In this document: positions 15,969-24,035 of the stretch, one piece after another | How positions within the stretch are numbered: the stretch's first letter is position 1 | Layout of the letters: the number at the start of each line of letters is the position of its first letter | DNA from: a virus | Lineage: Duplodnaviria; Caudoviricetes | Strand: one strand, 5' to 3' | IMG/VR virus record: IMGVR_UViG_3300032087_000093 | Span: 1-53,956 of that record | DNA length: 53,956 bases | The notes under the pieces: generated by a model | Databases searched by the model: none | Seen by the model: the letters and a program-made list of their open reading frames with translations, nothing else | What the model was told of the DNA's origin: nothing | Position numbers and translations under genes: made by a program

Positions 15969-16152
15969 TGTCCTCGTCTAGGGCGTCCAAGTATATGTCG
16001 ATGCCCTCACGCATCAAGTCAGACACAGCGACTTGTTCCCTGCTTGTCTTCTGTAAGCGTTCGGAGTGTGCAGCCAGTCTGTCGTACTGACTGACTGACA
16101 TTAACAGACTATAGGTCTTTGTCGGTTCGTCGATCTTGGCTGGTCTTCCCAT
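15943..16152 (-). CDS. ribbon-helix-helix (CopG/Arc-like) regulator
   Basis: MGRP...KTYSLLM strand, YDRLAAHS helix, VSDLMREGIDIYL helix. Confidence 0.7.
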   Translation of the reverse strand: MGRPAKIDEPTKTYSLLMSVSQYDRLAAHSERLQKTSREQVAVSDLMREGIDIYLDALDEDSDEEQPEN

Positions 16153-16270
16153 CACGAATGTCCTTCTTGGCTTGTTTGTCTTTTTCCCTAGTACGTTTGT
16201 CAGGTATGACTTGTTTACCGTACTTACGTAACTGTTTAGCTATAGGGTTGATTCTATTGATCCTTTTCAT
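16109..16270 (-). CDS. small basic protein (53 aa, NPIAKQL type), below the ORF-track cutoff
   Basis: Manual translation MKRINRINPIAKQLRKYGKQVIPDKRTREK...; first ORF of the leftward operon. Confidence 0.5.
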   Translation of the reverse strand: MKRINRINPIAKQLRKYGKQVIPDKRTREKDKQAKKDIRDGKTSQDRRTDKDL

Positions 16271-16303
16271 AACAGGGTATCCCCTATAGGGTGTTGTTCT
16301 TTG

Positions 16304-16374
16304 TATGTAATCGATTTGTCAACAGGGGTCAAGTGATTTTTTGTGTTGACAATATTTGCCATGTGGATTACCCC
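16304..16374. promoter_or_regulatory. divergent early/replication promoter region
   Basis: Strand switch; rightward TTGACA(16346)-17-TACCCC, leftward TTGACC(16332)-17-TACATA; 9-bp inverted repeat TTGTCAACA/TGTTGACAA. Confidence 0.55.
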
Positions 16375-16408
16375 AGTGTCATGTCTCTTGACAAAAAGGA
16401 ACACAACG

Positions 16409-17215
16409 ATGAAGTCACCAGCTTGGTTAGCAGGGTATGTCGAGACACTCGACTTTCCTGCGCTGACAAAATACCGATCCGACTGTCCTGTCTGTGGTAA
16501 GAAGAACACATTCAGCGTGACGGACGACGGCATGCAACGTATGTGGTACTGTTTCCACGCTGACTGCAACGTGTCAGGCCGCACTGGCATCACCCTGACA
16601 AAGGAACACGCAAGCCGTGCCCTGCGTCACTCGCAGGCTTTGGTGCCTGCTCCTTCCCGTACTAATAACACTTACGAGATACCTGACACATTTGTCAGTC
16701 TTTCCCGTAACTTAGATGCTGAACTGTACGTGAAGCGTGTCAATTCGTACGATGCGTACCTGTCTGGCAGGGCTGACATTCGTTACGACTTCAAGCGTAA
16801 TCGTGTTGTCTTTCTTGTCAAGGACGGTAACAAAGTTGTAGATGCAGCAGGGAGATCGATTGATGCTAGAGGCCCTAAGTGGTATCGTTACGGTGATAGT
16901 AAGAGACCTTTTGTTTGCGGAATTGATACTTGTGCTGTTGTCGTAGAGGACTGCGCCAGTGCGTGTGCTGTGTCGAACAATGCGACGGGCGTGGCTCTCT
17001 TGGGTACTAATCTTCTTACCGAACACATTGACGTTTTGAAACAATATGACCGTGTGTTCATCGGACTTGACAAGGATGCCACTGACAAGGCTATAGGTAT
17101 GGTACGTACGCTGCACACGCACGTGCCGACACGACTGATGGTTCTTCGAACCGATTTGAAAAACATGCAAAGGGACGAACGGGATGACTTCATACGATCC
17201 TACATCGATAGATAA
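16409..17215 (+). CDS. DNA primase (zinc finger + TOPRIM)
   Basis: CPVC...YCFHADC zinc finger; VVVED...ALLGT...IGLDKDA TOPRIM; AAGGA RBS before ATG 16409. Confidence 0.9.
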   Translation: MKSPAWLAGYVETLDFPALTKYRSDCPVCGKKNTFSVTDDGMQRMWYCFHADCNVSGRTGITLTKEHASRALRHSQALVPAPSRTNNTYEIPDTFVSLSRNLDAELYVKRVNSYDAYLSGRADIRYDFKRNRVVFLVKDGNKVVDAAGRSIDARGPKWYRYGDSKRPFVCGIDTCAVVVEDCASACAVSNNATGVALLGTNLLTEHIDVLKQYDRVFIGLDKDATDKAIGMVRTLHTHVPTRLMVLRTDLKNMQRDERDDFIRSYIDR

Positions 17216-18413
17216 ACAGATACTTGGCTTCTGCCTGAACTTCGAGTTTTTCTCGAAGGTGTCCAACACAGTGACACGTGACATGTTCACGAAAGAAATG
17301 CGTGACGTATTCGACGTGATAACCTACACGCACACCACCTACGAGTGCGACATCACTGTAGGCGAACTGTCAGTCCTCTTCAATGACCGCAACCCTGCTA
17401 TGCCGGACTCGACACGAGAGCGGGCACAGGAACTGATTCTCACCCTAGACGAGGGCAACCCACACAACACGGACATGCACCTCGACATGGTGCGTAACTT
17501 CTGGCTGCGTGACCGTGCCCGGATTATCGGCGAGAAGGCCATTGAGATATTCACAGGCGAGAGCGAGGACTTTGGTGAGTTGCGGTCTATGGTCGAGTCT
17601 GTCGAGGACGGACGCATGTCTGACCGCACCACCTATGAAGAGGTGACGGACAGCCTCGACGAACTGCTCGACGCGAACACCGGAGAGCCTGACTTCCCTT
17701 TTGAGTTCGGCCTGATCAACGAGCGTGTGGCTGGCCTCGACAGGGGCAACTTGGGTATCATCTTTGCTCGTCCGGAAGTGGGCAAGACGACATTCTGCTG
17801 CTTCCTAGCCGCTTCGTATGTGCGGGCCGGACACAAGGTTGTCTACTGGGCAAACGAGGAGCCTGCTGAGAAGATCAAGATACGTCTCATACAGTCGTTC
17901 TTCAACATCACACGCAAGGAACTCGACGACAACCGCGCCAAGTACACACCGATGTACGAGCGGGATGTGATGCCGTACCTTAAAGTGATGGCCGCTGTGG
18001 GCATGGGCGTCGAGGAGGCGGACTCGTATGCAAAGCTGAACAAGCCGGACATCATGTTCATGGACCAGCTTGACAAGTTTCGCATATCCGGCGAGTACAA
18101 TCGGGGTGACGAGCGGCTCAAGGAGACGTATGTTCACGCACGTGAGATTGCCAAGCGTAACAAGATGCTGGTGTGGGCTGTCAGTCAAGCGTCAAACGAC
18201 GGACATGACCGTCAATTTATTGACTACAATATGATGGACAACTCGAAGACGGGCAAGGCCGGTGAGGCCGACATCATCATCGGCATCGGCAAGACAGGAG
18301 CGAGTGACGTAGAGAATATCGTGCGGCACATCTGCATTTCAAAGAACAAAATCAACGGATGGCACGGACCTATCAACGCACAGATTGACGTGCATCGTGG
18401 AGTGTACTACTGA
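17184..18413 (+). CDS. DnaB-like replicative helicase
   Basis: Walker A ARPEVGKT, Walker B IMFMDQ, AVSQ, ISKNK. Confidence 0.92.
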   Translation: MTSYDPTSIDKQILGFCLNFEFFSKVSNTVTRDMFTKEMRDVFDVITYTHTTYECDITVGELSVLFNDRNPAMPDSTRERAQELILTLDEGNPHNTDMHLDMVRNFWLRDRARIIGEKAIEIFTGESEDFGELRSMVESVEDGRMSDRTTYEEVTDSLDELLDANTGEPDFPFEFGLINERVAGLDRGNLGIIFARPEVGKTTFCCFLAASYVRAGHKVVYWANEEPAEKIKIRLIQSFFNITRKELDDNRAKYTPMYERDVMPYLKVMAAVGMGVEEADSYAKLNKPDIMFMDQLDKFRISGEYNRGDERLKETYVHAREIAKRNKMLVWAVSQASNDGHDRQFIDYNMMDNSKTGKAGEADIIIGIGKTGASDVENIVRHICISKNKINGWHGPINAQIDVHRGVYY

Positions 18414-18823
18414 TGAAGTTTGGGGATGTGGCACCAGACGGGCGAGTATTCATAGGGTATCGTCTTAAAAAAAGAAAAGACGGTACTTTCAGAAAGCAAG
18501 TACGATGGGTTTCACCTGCTTACTACGAAAGAATGAGAACAAACATCAATAAACGAAGATTGTGGAAAATAAGGAGAAGGAGACACTGGCTGAACAACTA
18601 TAAAATTAAAAAAGGTTGTGAAAGGTGTGGCTATAACACCCACGGTGTCGCATTACACTTTGATCACATAGAGCCGCCAAAGAAAGTTGATCAGGTATCT
18701 AAGATGCTAAAGGGAGGAAGAAGAAAGTTGATTGAGGAGGTTAGGAAGTGCAGAGTGTTATGCGCCAACTGTCACGCGATAAAAACATGGGAGGATATAC
18801 AGAATGAACGTACTGACGTTTGA
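18413..18823 (+). CDS. HNH endonuclease (probable free-standing homing endonuclease)
   Basis: CERC...LHFDHI...CRVLCANCHAIKT; AT-richer than its neighbours. Confidence 0.85.
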   Translation: MKFGDVAPDGRVFIGYRLKKRKDGTFRKQVRWVSPAYYERMRTNINKRRLWKIRRRRHWLNNYKIKKGCERCGYNTHGVALHFDHIEPPKKVDQVSKMLKGGRRKLIEEVRKCRVLCANCHAIKTWEDIQNERTDV

Positions 18824-19382
18824 CGTGGAGACAACTCACACGCACAAGACAGGTGGCGGCACCACTGCCCTGCCCTACTTTGGCAACAGTCTCGTAGCGA
18901 TAGGATACAAGTGGCTGGTTAGTACGGTCACCTACGACTGTTACTATCACTCTACGGAGCAGGCAACACCCGATGCGTTCGGCAAGTTTCAACTGGCACT
19001 GAACCACGCAGACATACTCATCGGACAGAACATCAAGTTCGACTTGCAGTGGGTACGTGACTGCGGGTTCGTATACAACGGAGATATCTATGATACTATG
19101 GTTGCGGAGTATGTTCTATCCAAAGCGAGACGATGGCCTCTTGGACTTGCTGCTCTTGCAAAAAAGTATGACACGGTGCAAAAAGAGAAAGACCTCGTTC
19201 AGCCGTACTTGGACGAGGGTAAGACGTTTTATGATATACCGTGGGAGATAGTACGCGAGTATGGCATCGCTGATGTCATAAGCACCGAACAGGTCGCACT
19301 CAAACAACTGGATGCCTTTGGCACTACATTCGAGGACTTATACAATGAACGACTTACTACCGACACTGCGTCTGTCGCTTGA
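18804..19382 (+). CDS. 3'-5' proofreading exonuclease domain of DNA polymerase A (separate ORF)
   Basis: ExoI FDVET, ExoII QNIKFD, DTM, ExoIII YGIAD. Confidence 0.9.
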   Translation: MNVLTFDVETTHTHKTGGGTTALPYFGNSLVAIGYKWLVSTVTYDCYYHSTEQATPDAFGKFQLALNHADILIGQNIKFDLQWVRDCGFVYNGDIYDTMVAEYVLSKARRWPLGLAALAKKYDTVQKEKDLVQPYLDEGKTFYDIPWEIVREYGIADVISTEQVALKQLDAFGTTFEDLYNERLTTDTASVA

Positions 19383-20880
19383 GATGACTGACACGCTGGC
19401 CCGTATCGAACGCAACGGACTACGCATCAACCTAGATACCCTAGACCAGATAGAGAAGCAGTATCAGGATGAATTCGATGCACTCGAACTGCGCCTCAAC
19501 GACATGGCGCGTGAGGCTATGGGTGACACACCTATCAGCCTGACCAGCCCCGACGACAGGTCGATGCTGCTCTACTCACGCAAAGTAAAAGACAAGAAGA
19601 CGTGGTCGAGCATATTCAACTTAGGCATGGAGCGGCGTGGTGCTACGATGAAGCCAAAGCAACGTACTCGCATGTCAGGAAAAGACTTTCGTCTCGCTGT
19701 ACGTAACAACACCGATGTCGTATATAGAACAATTGGTGAGAAGTGTGCGGGCTGCTTGGGTTTCGGACGTGTACACCTCGTACGCAAGGACGGTACACCA
19801 AGCAAGGCACCACGCATCTGCAAGGCTTGTGAGGGCAAGGGCGTGGTCTATCGTCCGACAAACGAGGTGGCTGGCTTCAAGGTGGTGCCGCGCAACGTGC
19901 GTGACGTGGCGGCTGCTGGCTTCAAGACGGACAAGGACACACTGGCCGAACGTGAACTCGAACTGTCGGGTCCGGCTCGTGACTTCGCATCAGCATACGT
20001 ACGCTATAACGCTCTTCGCATGTACTTGGGAACTTTCGTAGAGGGAATGAAAAACAATGTCGATGATCACGGAATCGTACATCCGGAATTTATGCAGTGT
20101 GTTACGGCGACGGGTCGCCTTTCGTCTCGTAACCCGAACTTTCAGAATATGCCACGTGGTAATACCTTCGAAATACGCAAAGTTGTCGAGAGTCGCTTCG
20201 AGGACGGCAAGATCATTGAGGGCGACTACTCGCAACTCGAATTCAGAGTGGCAGGATTTCTAGCCCACGACGAACAGGCCTATGCTGACGTGAGGGCTGG
20301 CACGGACGTACACAGCTACACGGCAGGGGTGATAGGCTGCTCACGTCAAGAAGCGAAGGCACACACCTTCAAGCCTCTGTATGGTGGCACTACGGGCACA
20401 GAAGCCCAGCAACGCTACTACAGGGCCTTCAAGGAGAAGTATGGGGGTGTAGCCCTCTGGCACGAAGACCTGCAGCGAGAGGCCGTTGAGCGGCGAGTAG
20501 TCACCCTTCCGTCTGGCAGGCAGTATGCTTTCCCCGATGCGCGTTGGACAAAGTACGGCACGGCTACACACCGCACAAACATCTGCAACTATCCTGTGCA
20601 GGGCTTTGCAACGGCTGACTTGTTGCCCGCTGCTCTCGTCCGGCTCGACAAACTATTCATGGAAAACGAACTGCAGTCGGTGATATGCAACACGGTTCAC
20701 GACTCTATCGTGATCGACTGTCATCCTGACGAAAAGGACATTGTTGTCAGGCTGATGCGAGAGGCTATGCTGTCCCTGCCTGAAGAGACGATGCGTCGGT
20801 ACGGCATAGAATATGACATGCCCGTCGAGATTGAAATAAAAATGGGCGATAATTGGCTTGACTTGGCTGTAGTCGATTAG
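19345..20880 (+). CDS. polA: family A DNA polymerase, polymerase domain with DnaJ-type zinc-finger insertion
   Basis: TGRLSS, motif A DYSQLE, motif B RQEAKAHTFKPLYG, motif C VHDS; CAGCLGFG and CKACEGKG; GAGGA RBS before ATG 19345. Confidence 0.95.
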   Translation: MNDLLPTLRLSLEMTDTLARIERNGLRINLDTLDQIEKQYQDEFDALELRLNDMAREAMGDTPISLTSPDDRSMLLYSRKVKDKKTWSSIFNLGMERRGATMKPKQRTRMSGKDFRLAVRNNTDVVYRTIGEKCAGCLGFGRVHLVRKDGTPSKAPRICKACEGKGVVYRPTNEVAGFKVVPRNVRDVAAAGFKTDKDTLAERELELSGPARDFASAYVRYNALRMYLGTFVEGMKNNVDDHGIVHPEFMQCVTATGRLSSRNPNFQNMPRGNTFEIRKVVESRFEDGKIIEGDYSQLEFRVAGFLAHDEQAYADVRAGTDVHSYTAGVIGCSRQEAKAHTFKPLYGGTTGTEAQQRYYRAFKEKYGGVALWHEDLQREAVERRVVTLPSGRQYAFPDARWTKYGTATHRTNICNYPVQGFATADLLPAALVRLDKLFMENELQSVICNTVHDSIVIDCHPDEKDIVVRLMREAMLSLPEETMRRYGIEYDMPVEIEIKMGDNWLDLAVVD

Positions 20881-20886
20881 TAAGAT
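20858..20886 (+). promoter_or_regulatory. sigma70-type promoter
   Basis: TTGACT-17 nt-TAAGAT upstream of the SSB-like gene. Confidence 0.65.
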
Positions 20887-20926
20887 CAGTCTACAACCAT
20901 TCTAACGTAAAGGAGATCGTGAGATC

Positions 20927-21802
20927 ATGTTAGGGACAGAAATAGTAAATATGATGGACAACGACTTGGACAACATCGTAGCGGCGATGTCGAGTGACAA
21001 CGTCGAAGATATGATGAAACTTACTGGTCAGGGCGGTGGATCGACTGAGAAAGTCGGACTGCCCCGCCTGAATATCAACTACGATCAGGAGACTGATGAC
21101 GGTCAGACCCTCGTGCGAGGCGACTGGAAGATGTTTCTTGACGGACGTTTCATCTACGCCAAAGAGGTGAAGCTTCGGGCGTTGCTGCGTACCTACGAGT
21201 ATTCTATGTGGGACTCTGAGGCCAACGAGGGTAAGGGCGGCTTCTCATGCAAGTCAGTCCAAAAGAACACACTGGGCGGAGACTTCCCCGACACGCAGGG
21301 CGGCAACAAGTGCGGACGTTTGTCACGTGACGAAGAGGAAGCCCTAGATAAGGATGATGTTCGTTACCTGACTTCTCGTGCTGTCGTCTGCAATCAGGTA
21401 ATCTACGGACGCATCAGCGGGTCATTCCGTACGTCCGATGGTACGCCTGTTGAGGTGAGCGAGGAGCCGGTGATTGCTTACTTCAAGCGGTCAGGGTTCA
21501 AGCCTATCGCCGACTTCATTCAGGGGCTTACCAAGCAGAGCAAGCTGATGGCGCAGACAAACATCTTGCTGCGTACCAATCGGCAGAAGAAGGGCAGCGT
21601 GACCTACTGGACACCGATGCCTACGTTCGATAGCACTGTAGCTATTACGGACGACGATAAGGAACTGTTGGGGACTTTCGTAGAGACTGTGAAGGGACAC
21701 AACGAAAACGTAATGAATGGACACAGGGAAGCATCTAAGCTTATGTCAGACGATAGCGACATCGATCTGGCGGCGGATTTCAAAGATGCTGACGCTGCTT
21801 AA
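20927..21802 (+). CDS. putative single-stranded DNA-binding protein
   Basis: Follows PolA; own promoter and AAGGAG RBS; acidic C-terminal tail (DDSDIDLAADF). Confidence 0.55.
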   Translation: MLGTEIVNMMDNDLDNIVAAMSSDNVEDMMKLTGQGGGSTEKVGLPRLNINYDQETDDGQTLVRGDWKMFLDGRFIYAKEVKLRALLRTYEYSMWDSEANEGKGGFSCKSVQKNTLGGDFPDTQGGNKCGRLSRDEEEALDKDDVRYLTSRAVVCNQVIYGRISGSFRTSDGTPVEVSEEPVIAYFKRSGFKPIADFIQGLTKQSKLMAQTNILLRTNRQKKGSVTYWTPMPTFDSTVAITDDDKELLGTFVETVKGHNENVMNGHREASKLMSDDSDIDLAADFKDADAA

Positions 21803-22679
21803 CATTCAGGACTACATGTCTAAGGCTCTGCGTGGGGAGGTTGCGATCTCCCCCGCAAGTCTTTCTGAGTTTGTAGACACCACAAAGTATTCTGTAGAGC
21901 GGCAACTCACGGACAAACGCGGTGAGTATCGCATACGTATGTCCGGATTGGGCCGTCCGCTCTGTCAGCAAGTCCTTGAGAAGAAGGGCCACAAGGAGTC
22001 GATGCAGTACAATACGCTGTTTCGTTTCTTGTTTGGAGACATAACAGAGGCTATCCTGATGCTTGTCATGCGGGAAGCCGGTGTAGACATCGTAGATGCT
22101 CAACGACAGGTCGAACTGACGCTGGGGGATCACACAGTCAGGGGCACTCTCGACGTTATCATACGTGACGAGACAGGCACAGAGAAGGTGTGGGACATCA
22201 AGTCCGCAAGCGACTGGGCCTTCAAGAACAAGTTTACTGGATTCGGCGGCTATGACTCCCTGAAGAATGATGATCCATTCGGGTACGTCATGCAGGGCTT
22301 CCTCTATGCTGCAGCTACGGACATGCCCTTCGGTGGCTGGATCGTAGTCAACAAGTCTAGTGGTGAGGTGGCTATCGTCGAGGCACCTGAGTGGCAGGAA
22401 GAGGACCGTGTCAAATACTTGGCAGATGCAGTAGAGCGCGTCAAGTTCTTGACAGACCCTGATGTCGAGGAGTTCAAGCCCTATCCCGACGAGTTCGAGA
22501 CGTACCGCCGTAAGGGTGAAACCCTGCGTACGGGAAACAAGGTGCTGTCGAAGGAGTGCAACCTCTGCGGATTTCGCGAACACTGCTGGCCCGATGCAGT
22601 CCTACACGCCCGTGTGACTTCACAGGCTAAATCTCCGCCCCAAGTCTGGTATACCAAGCTAAAAACAAAGGAACTGTAA
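21786..22679 (+). CDS. PD-(D/E)xK (Cas4/RecB-like) exonuclease
   Basis: RMSGLGRPLC, GTLD...WDIKS, GYVMQGFLY, CNLCGFREHC. Confidence 0.85.
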   Translation: MLTLLNIQDYMSKALRGEVAISPASLSEFVDTTKYSVERQLTDKRGEYRIRMSGLGRPLCQQVLEKKGHKESMQYNTLFRFLFGDITEAILMLVMREAGVDIVDAQRQVELTLGDHTVRGTLDVIIRDETGTEKVWDIKSASDWAFKNKFTGFGGYDSLKNDDPFGYVMQGFLYAAATDMPFGGWIVVNKSSGEVAIVEAPEWQEEDRVKYLADAVERVKFLTDPDVEEFKPYPDEFETYRRKGETLRTGNKVLSKECNLCGFREHCWPDAVLHARVTSQAKSPPQVWYTKLKTKEL

Positions 22680-22680
22680 C

Positions 22681-23061
22681 ATGCCCTACCTCTTCGTTCG
22701 AGACTACGAGGTAGAACTGATGGAGATGAACAAAGACCTTCATCACGTGTATGTCGAGTCGCACAGGGCTAGTGGAGGTGAGCGTAAGCTTGTTCGTTTG
22801 CGTTTGAATGAGCGGGCACTGCCCCTCACTCTACGCGACAACTACAGTGACTTGGGCGCACTCACGTCGGACACTGAGAAACGAGACATCACCACACTCG
22901 AATCTGAACTGCAGAAGATAGGCAGACTCTCACACTCTGGAGTTATTGTATGCGTCCCACTGAATCGTTTGACAAACGAACTGTCTACAATAGAAAGACT
23001 TTCCCCAAGAGTGGCAGGGTACGTGATACAAAGAATGGGATCAATAGGAATGCAAATATGA
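22681..23061 (+). CDS. hypothetical protein
   Basis: GAGGA RBS; contiguous within the operon. Confidence 0.65.
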   Translation: MPYLFVRDYEVELMEMNKDLHHVYVESHRASGGERKLVRLRLNERALPLTLRDNYSDLGALTSDTEKRDITTLESELQKIGRLSHSGVIVCVPLNRLTNELSTIERLSPRVAGYVIQRMGSIGMQI

Positions 23062-23447
23062 AGCGGGGCAATCGCAAGGCTGGGTTCCGGTCTAATTTTG
23101 AGTTGGGTATAGCAAAAAAACTCAGCAGCAAAAAAATTCCGTACGAGTACGAGCAGATGCGACTCACGTACATACCCAAGCCTCGCACCTACACTCCAGA
23201 CTTTCACCTCACCAAGCACAACATAATCATTGAGGCGAAGGGCTACTTCGACAAGGGGGACAGGGTCAAGATGCTTCTGATCAAGGAGCAGCATCCTGAC
23301 TTGGACATTCGTATTGTCTTCTTGAATGCACGTAATAAAATTTACAAGGGCAGTAAAACCACGTATGGTGCGTGGGCCGACAAGAACGGGTTCGAGTGGG
23401 CAGAAGGCTCTATACCAGAGGAGTGGCTAAAAGATGACGACGATTGA
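23058..23447 (+). CDS. T7 gp3-like endonuclease I (Holliday junction resolvase)
   Basis: FRSNFE, YTPDF, IIIEAKG, TTYGAWADKNGF; ATGA-coupled start at 23058. Confidence 0.92.
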   Translation: MKRGNRKAGFRSNFELGIAKKLSSKKIPYEYEQMRLTYIPKPRTYTPDFHLTKHNIIIEAKGYFDKGDRVKMLLIKEQHPDLDIRIVFLNARNKIYKGSKTTYGAWADKNGFEWAEGSIPEEWLKDDDD

Positions 23448-23778
23448 TGAGGGTGAATTTGAAAAGGCAACCCTGATGCCTAACCGCTGGTACATCATCC
23501 TGCGTAAGATCGACGAGGAAAGCTTCCAAGTATCTGCGTACGATACGACAACGGAAGAAGATGACGAATTCTACGAGGCCGGTACGATTGTAACAAACGG
23601 CATGATGGAACTCCTAGAGTCTGACTTTGACAGGGTCATGGAGGCGGGTCTCGCTCGTCTTGCGTTTGACAACGTCAAGGAAAAGTTGCTTAATGAAACA
23701 AGCAACGATGATGGTCCGACTGTAAAGCACGAGGACGGCACCAACATAGTCAAGATAGACTTTGGAAAGACGCAGTGA
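23434..23778 (+). CDS. acidic hypothetical protein
   Basis: Overlapping operon gene ending in NIVKIDF. Confidence 0.7.
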   Translation: MTTIDEGEFEKATLMPNRWYIILRKIDEESFQVSAYDTTTEEDDEFYEAGTIVTNGMMELLESDFDRVMEAGLARLAFDNVKEKLLNETSNDDGPTVKHEDGTNIVKIDFGKTQ

Positions 23779-24035
23779 TGAGACACGAGGCATACATGAG
23801 AGAGCAGGCTACAAAGAATGATAACGTCAACAGTCCGGCACACTACAATCAGGCAGGTATCGAATGCCTTGATGCAATCGCAGCGGCGACGGGTGATGGG
23901 TACGAGTACTACCTGCAGGGGAACATCATCAAGTACCTCTGGCGGTACAGATACAAAAACGGAATCGAAGACCTCAAGAAAGCACAGTTCTACCTGAACA
24001 GATTGATCGCAACAAAGGATGATAACAATGAATAA
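23775..24035 (+). CDS. DUF3310 (T7 gp1.7-like nucleotide kinase family) protein
   Basis: VNSPAHY, IECLDAI, GNIIKYLWRYRYKNGIEDLKKAQFYL. Confidence 0.9.
   Translation: MMRHEAYMREQATKNDNVNSPAHYNQAGIECLDAIAAATGDGYEYYLQGNIIKYLWRYRYKNGIEDLKKAQFYLNRLIATKDDNNE

Noticed and set aside
16282-16291. CTATAGGG as a T7-type phage promoter
   Set aside because: No single-subunit RNA polymerase gene, and I did not see the motif repeated before late genes; promoters here are sigma70-like.
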